A stretch of 64,000 bases of DNA from Nitrospirota bacterium (GTDB lineage Bacteria > Nitrospirota > UBA9217): NCBI GenBank assembly GCA_963737155.1, contig CAVTRN010000001.1, forward strand, positions 640,001 through 704,000, written 5' to 3'. The number at the start of each line of letters is the position of its first letter. Positions within the stretch are counted from its first letter, which is position 1. Positions 60,504-64,000 of the stretch are shown here, piece by piece. The position numbers and the translations under genes were made by a program. The notes below the pieces were generated by a model that was not told where the DNA came from, did no database searches, and saw nothing but the letters and a program-made list of their open reading frames with translations.

Positions 60504-61359
60504 TCGCCGCGTCTGCTGTTACCGACGAGCCGTATCGGTAATAATACGAGTATCGGCCCTGCGAGGGATAAATCAACACATCGTTGAATACCGTGCCCAG
60601 AATGGTGTGGTCTTTTACGAGCGAGAGTGCCTGTGTCGCAGTCTTCGGATCGGTAACCCCGGCACGTGTGACAAAGATTACACCGTCGACGTAATTACAA
60701 AGCGATATGCTGTCAGCCGTCAGGAGGAGCGGTGAAGAGTCGATGATAATGTACCGGTCCCGGTACCGCTCCTTGAGCTCTAAGACCAAGTCCCGCATCC
60801 GTTCCGAGGCAATAAGCTCCGCCGGGTTCTCCACCGGATTCCCCGCCGGCATGACAACAAGCTTGCCGATTCCGGTCTTGACCAGGACATCGGGCAGCTT
60901 CGCCTGGGACGACAGATAATCACTGAGGCCCCGCTGTGGCTGCAAACCAAGATATGTGTGAATGGTCGGTTTTCTCAAATCGGCATCCACGAGAAGCACA
61001 GTATGGTCAAGTTCATGCGCAATGGCGACTGCCAGGTTTATGGCGGTTATGCTCTTTCCCTCGCCACCCTGAGCGCTCGTTATCATAATCGTATTCTGGA
61101 AATCCTTTTCCGTTGCCCGCAGCACTCTCGCGCGGAGTTTCCGGTATTCCTCTGCAGCGTGTGAATAGGGGTCCGTTATTGTGACGACGTGCGGATTCAC
61201 CGCGTCTCTGTTTACTCCTCCATCACGGACTTCGAAGACCGACGGGTCGTACAAAGTGGATGAAGCGGTCCGTGTGGACATAATATCGCTACGGTCATTC
61301 TCCGCATTGCCTCCCCGTGTCTTTGCAGCCCGTTCCAATGCTCGTGTTATCCTACTCAT
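60457..61359 (-). CDS. Polysaccharide tyrosine autokinase (CpsD/Wzc C-domain, XrtA-associated type)
   Basis: AEEYRKLR, Walker A SAQGGEGKS, LLVDADLRKP, IIIDSSP, Tyr cluster YSYYYRY. Confidence 0.93.
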   Translation of the reverse strand: MSRITRALERAAKTRGGNAENDRSDIMSTRTASSTLYDPSVFEVRDGGVNRDAVNPHVVTITDPYSHAAEEYRKLRARVLRATEKDFQNTIMITSAQGGEGKSITAINLAVAIAHELDHTVLLVDADLRKPTIHTYLGLQPQRGLSDYLSSQAKLPDVLVKTGIGKLVVMPAGNPVENPAELIASERMRDLVLELKERYRDRYIIIDSSPLLLTADSISLCNYVDGVIFVTRAGVTDPKTATQALSLVKDHTILGTVFNDVLIYPSQGRYSYYYRYGSSVTADAANAADGGENDGASKKT

Positions 61360-61371
61360 TGCGTTCCCCCA

Positions 61372-62928
61372 CTAAATATGCATGATGGTAATTCCCGCAT
61401 ACCGATAAAGCACCTCTCCTACGAACACAATTCCTATGAGGCTAAGATAGGCGATCGCGGCTGTATATATTTTCTTGTCGAGCTTCGCCTCGGCCTGGAC
61501 ATCCGCTTCAGTGACGATGCTTGGTATCGTTGCCAGGACGGGAAGCTTCAGCACATCTCGGACGGTTTCTTCTTCCTTGAACGAATGATCGAGTTTGTCA
61601 AGACCTACCGCCGACCCAACACCTGCGGCTATTCCGAGCACAATGCCGACAAGAATCAGGATGACCCTATTCGGACTGACAGGAACGACAGGCATGCTTG
61701 GCGGATCAAAAATGCGAAAATTCATGGTTTTGTCTGTGTTCTCCAGGTTCTTCGAAACCCTTGCGCCTTCTCGTTTCTGTAGGAGATCATCGTAGACCTT
61801 CTGATAGGTGCTCTGGTCCTGCTGCAGCTTCTTCCATTCCTCTTGCTCCTTCGGCATTTGCCCCAGCATCGAGCGCTCCTCGCTCTGCTGATTCGCTAAC
61901 TCACTCAGTCGAGCCTTAAGAGAGTCGATTTCGGTATCGGTTTTCAACAAGTCCTCTTTTATCTGTTGATAAGCGGGGTTGAGCGCCTTCATTTCACTCC
62001 CGGCGCCGTCGCCCGCCGAGTTCTCCGGGTCGGTTTTTGTTGATTGTGACCGCCGCTTCTGGATCTCCCTTATTTCGTTCCTCACCTTGATCACTTCGGG
62101 ATAATCTTCCGTATATTTGGTCAACAGGAGTGTGAGCTCGTTATTGAGTTGATCCAGCCGCCCTGCCGTCATTTCTTTTTCGCCGGAAAGCTGTTTTTGA
62201 AGGTTTTCTCGTCTTCTCTGAAGTTCCTTCAACTCGATCGTGGCGTTTATTTGAGCGGTCTGATAGTTTTCTATTCGCCCCACGATCGTGCCGTCATTCT
62301 GCGGGATCATATTCGGGTGCTTTGCTCGAAATTCCTGGATCGCCTTATCCGTATCGTCAATCTGTTTCTTGTAGAGGGACAGTTGATCATCTATGAAATT
62401 GTAGGCCCCGATTGCTTCCGACCGCTGAAGCCCGGCATTTTCACTGATCAATTCTTTCACAAGTACGTCAACGAAATTCATGACGCCCTTCGGGTCGCGT
62501 CCGCGGTATGCAACTGTGAAATAATCTTGACCCGGCGGCAATCCAACACTTCCGGCTCCTCCGATGGTTAATTTGAGATTTTTTTTGATTGTCGCTACCA
62601 ATCCGTTGTATTGAGCTTCATTTTTCGTGTATTTGTCGAGCCCAATTTTTTTGATAACCTGTTCGATGAAACTCCTGCTCATGATGGTATTTTGGATATA
62701 CAACAACCGATCTTCATCTTGTTTAGAAGTGTCACCCAATGGGTTGGAGATGCCGCTCTTGTCTATAATTATGTTGGAACTTGACTCATAGGTCTTTGGC
62801 CATATAAAACTCCCCCACGTAAGCAGAGATAGAATTCCAAGGGCGACAGAAATTACCAGATATCTCCTCTTTCGGATAATCCTGACATATTCATCGATAT
62901 CAAAAGTAGCCGAATTTTCTTCTTCCAA
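61372..62928 (-). CDS. Polysaccharide co-polymerase / chain-length determinant (GumC/Wzc N-domain, XrtA-associated type)
   Basis: N- and C-terminal transmembrane segments, PKTYESS, coiled coils, YTEDYPEV, FRIFDPPSMP..PVSPNR. TTG start after GGAGG. Confidence 0.92.
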   Translation of the reverse strand: MEEENSATFDIDEYVRIIRKRRYLVISVALGILSLLTWGSFIWPKTYESSSNIIIDKSGISNPLGDTSKQDEDRLLYIQNTIMSRSFIEQVIKKIGLDKYTKNEAQYNGLVATIKKNLKLTIGGAGSVGLPPGQDYFTVAYRGRDPKGVMNFVDVLVKELISENAGLQRSEAIGAYNFIDDQLSLYKKQIDDTDKAIQEFRAKHPNMIPQNDGTIVGRIENYQTAQINATIELKELQRRRENLQKQLSGEKEMTAGRLDQLNNELTLLLTKYTEDYPEVIKVRNEIREIQKRRSQSTKTDPENSAGDGAGSEMKALNPAYQQIKEDLLKTDTEIDSLKARLSELANQQSEERSMLGQMPKEQEEWKKLQQDQSTYQKVYDDLLQKREGARVSKNLENTDKTMNFRIFDPPSMPVVPVSPNRVILILVGIVLGIAAGVGSAVGLDKLDHSFKEEETVRDVLKLPVLATIPSIVTEADVQAEAKLDKKIYTAAIAYLSLIGIVFVGEVLYRYAGITIMHI

Positions 62929-62938
62929 TTCTACCTCC

Positions 62939-63802
62939 CTAGAAGATGCTGCTCTTCACTGTAATAATATCGCCGGGCTTCAGATTGACGTTTTTCTTGA
63001 GATTCCCGTTCATGACATCCTTTAATTCGACCTCGATGTTCTCCACCACATTCCCTTCCCTTCTAACGATCAGCACGTCATTCCTGCTGGCGAAGTCCGT
63101 AAATCCCCCTGCGCTTAACACGGCATCGAGTGCGGTCATTCCTTCGAAGTAGGGAATGAGGCTCGGCGTCTTGACAGCACCAATGACCCGGATACGGCTG
63201 CGTGGGCCGCCCGGCAGGTAAATGAGGTCGTTCGGTTCGAGCTCGACGTCACGCGAAACATCCCCCTTTGCGACCAATTGCTCAAAATCTATGTTCAGCT
63301 TTTTTCCCTTTCTCATCAGATAGGCATCAGCAAAATTTACCTCACCCAGGGAGCCGAACTGCGTAAGAAGTTGCAGCAAGGTTGTGTGCCTTCGTAACGT
63401 CATCTGGCCGCCCTGGCTGCCGCCTTGGCCACCGCCTTGGCCGCCGCCTTGGCCGCCTGCCTGCGTCCCAGAAACACCATCTCCAAAAACATAGACCTTG
63501 AAGCTGTTGATCGCCGTGACCATGACACTGACGACCGGCGCTTTAATAAACCGAGCTAGATTTTTTTCCAGGGTCCTTTTTAGCTCTTGGGGAGTAAGTC
63601 CGGACGCTTGCACGTCTCCCACGAGCGGCATGGAGATCATCCCATCGGGTCGCACCGGAACGGTCACACCTAGTTCAGGATTTCCCCAGACGGATATCTG
63701 GAGCATGTCCTCGTCTCCAATTACATATTCTTCGGCGTATACAGATCCGATGGCGGCGAACAGTAGTGCAGAAATAATCAATAAATATATGCTTTTTTTC
63801 AT
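62939..63802 (-). CDS. Polysaccharide export protein (Wza/OPX family, PES + SLBB domains)
   Basis: YVIGDEDMLQISVW, VPVRPDGMISMPLVG, SAGGFTDFA, LKPGDII. Confidence 0.93.
   Translation of the reverse strand: MKKSIYLLIISALLFAAIGSVYAEEYVIGDEDMLQISVWGNPELGVTVPVRPDGMISMPLVGDVQASGLTPQELKRTLEKNLARFIKAPVVSVMVTAINSFKVYVFGDGVSGTQAGGQGGGQGGGQGGSQGGQMTLRRHTTLLQLLTQFGSLGEVNFADAYLMRKGKKLNIDFEQLVAKGDVSRDVELEPNDLIYLPGGPRSRIRVIGAVKTPSLIPYFEGMTALDAVLSAGGFTDFASRNDVLIVRREGNVVENIEVELKDVMNGNLKKNVNLKPGDIITVKSSIF
63408..63455. repeat. 12-bp in-frame tandem repeat (4 units) encoding a GGGQ linker
   Basis: CCGCCTTGGCCR x3 plus a degenerate CCGCCCTGGCTG. Confidence 0.85.
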
Positions 63803-64000
63803 ATCTTCGCCTCTCGCGCCCCTTTTCCTCTAAGCATGTTATCGAACACCGTAGTATTCCGTCTCGAAACATCAAAACGGCCGCCTTCATCGGGATGACG
63901 AATAGAGGAACGTTTACAATGCTTCGCCCTCTCAGTTACATACGCAATTAACTGGCAAGGGCTCTTCTTTATTCTCATGCGCAGCATCCTAATAGTACAA

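Noticed and set aside
63803-64000. Sigma54 -24/-12 promoter upstream of the export operon
   Set aside because: No convincing TGGCAC-N5-TTGC found, and the promoter may lie outside the window.

Overview
Bacterial window with no RNA genes, CRISPR arrays or mobile elements that I could see. Gene content resembles an anaerobic Nitrospirota/Desulfobacterota-type organism (inference). The left end (1-5 kb) is a regulatory block: sensor kinase, sigma54 response regulator, GAF-HisKA-GAF pseudo-kinase and Crp/Fnr regulator. From about 5.2 kb to 63.8 kb lies a mostly minus-strand Wzx/Wzy exopolysaccharide locus of the PEP-CTERM/XrtA-associated type, with Wza-like exporter, chain-length determinant, tyrosine autokinase, outer-membrane beta-barrel, a 1736-aa repeat lipoprotein, priming transferase, amino-sugar enzymes, GT2s, flippase and polymerase. 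The main find is a ~21 kb block inside that locus (29.4-50.3 kb), co-oriented with it. It encodes a thioesterase-less hybrid NRPS-PKS (Asn-Gly-malonyl by manually read specificity codes), a second Asn-loading NRPS, a PPTase, two NeuD/VioB-type acyltransferases each directly behind a carrier domain, a YbaK/ProXp-like protein, a GNAT, and an acyl-CoA dehydrogenase with its own ETF and membrane Fe-S oxidoreductase. I infer a system that builds a peptide-polyketide acyl group and attaches it to an amino sugar of the polysaccharide. Other points: the priming glycosyltransferase has a degenerate GGDEF-like N-terminal domain with an RxxD I-site, and that domain is also tandemly duplicated as a stand-alone gene. 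The NRPS/PKS genes show several layers of duplication and domain shuffling. Two single-base frameshifts both fall at CCWGG-like sites and are probably sequencing errors. All calls are from motif recognition by eye; no searches were run.
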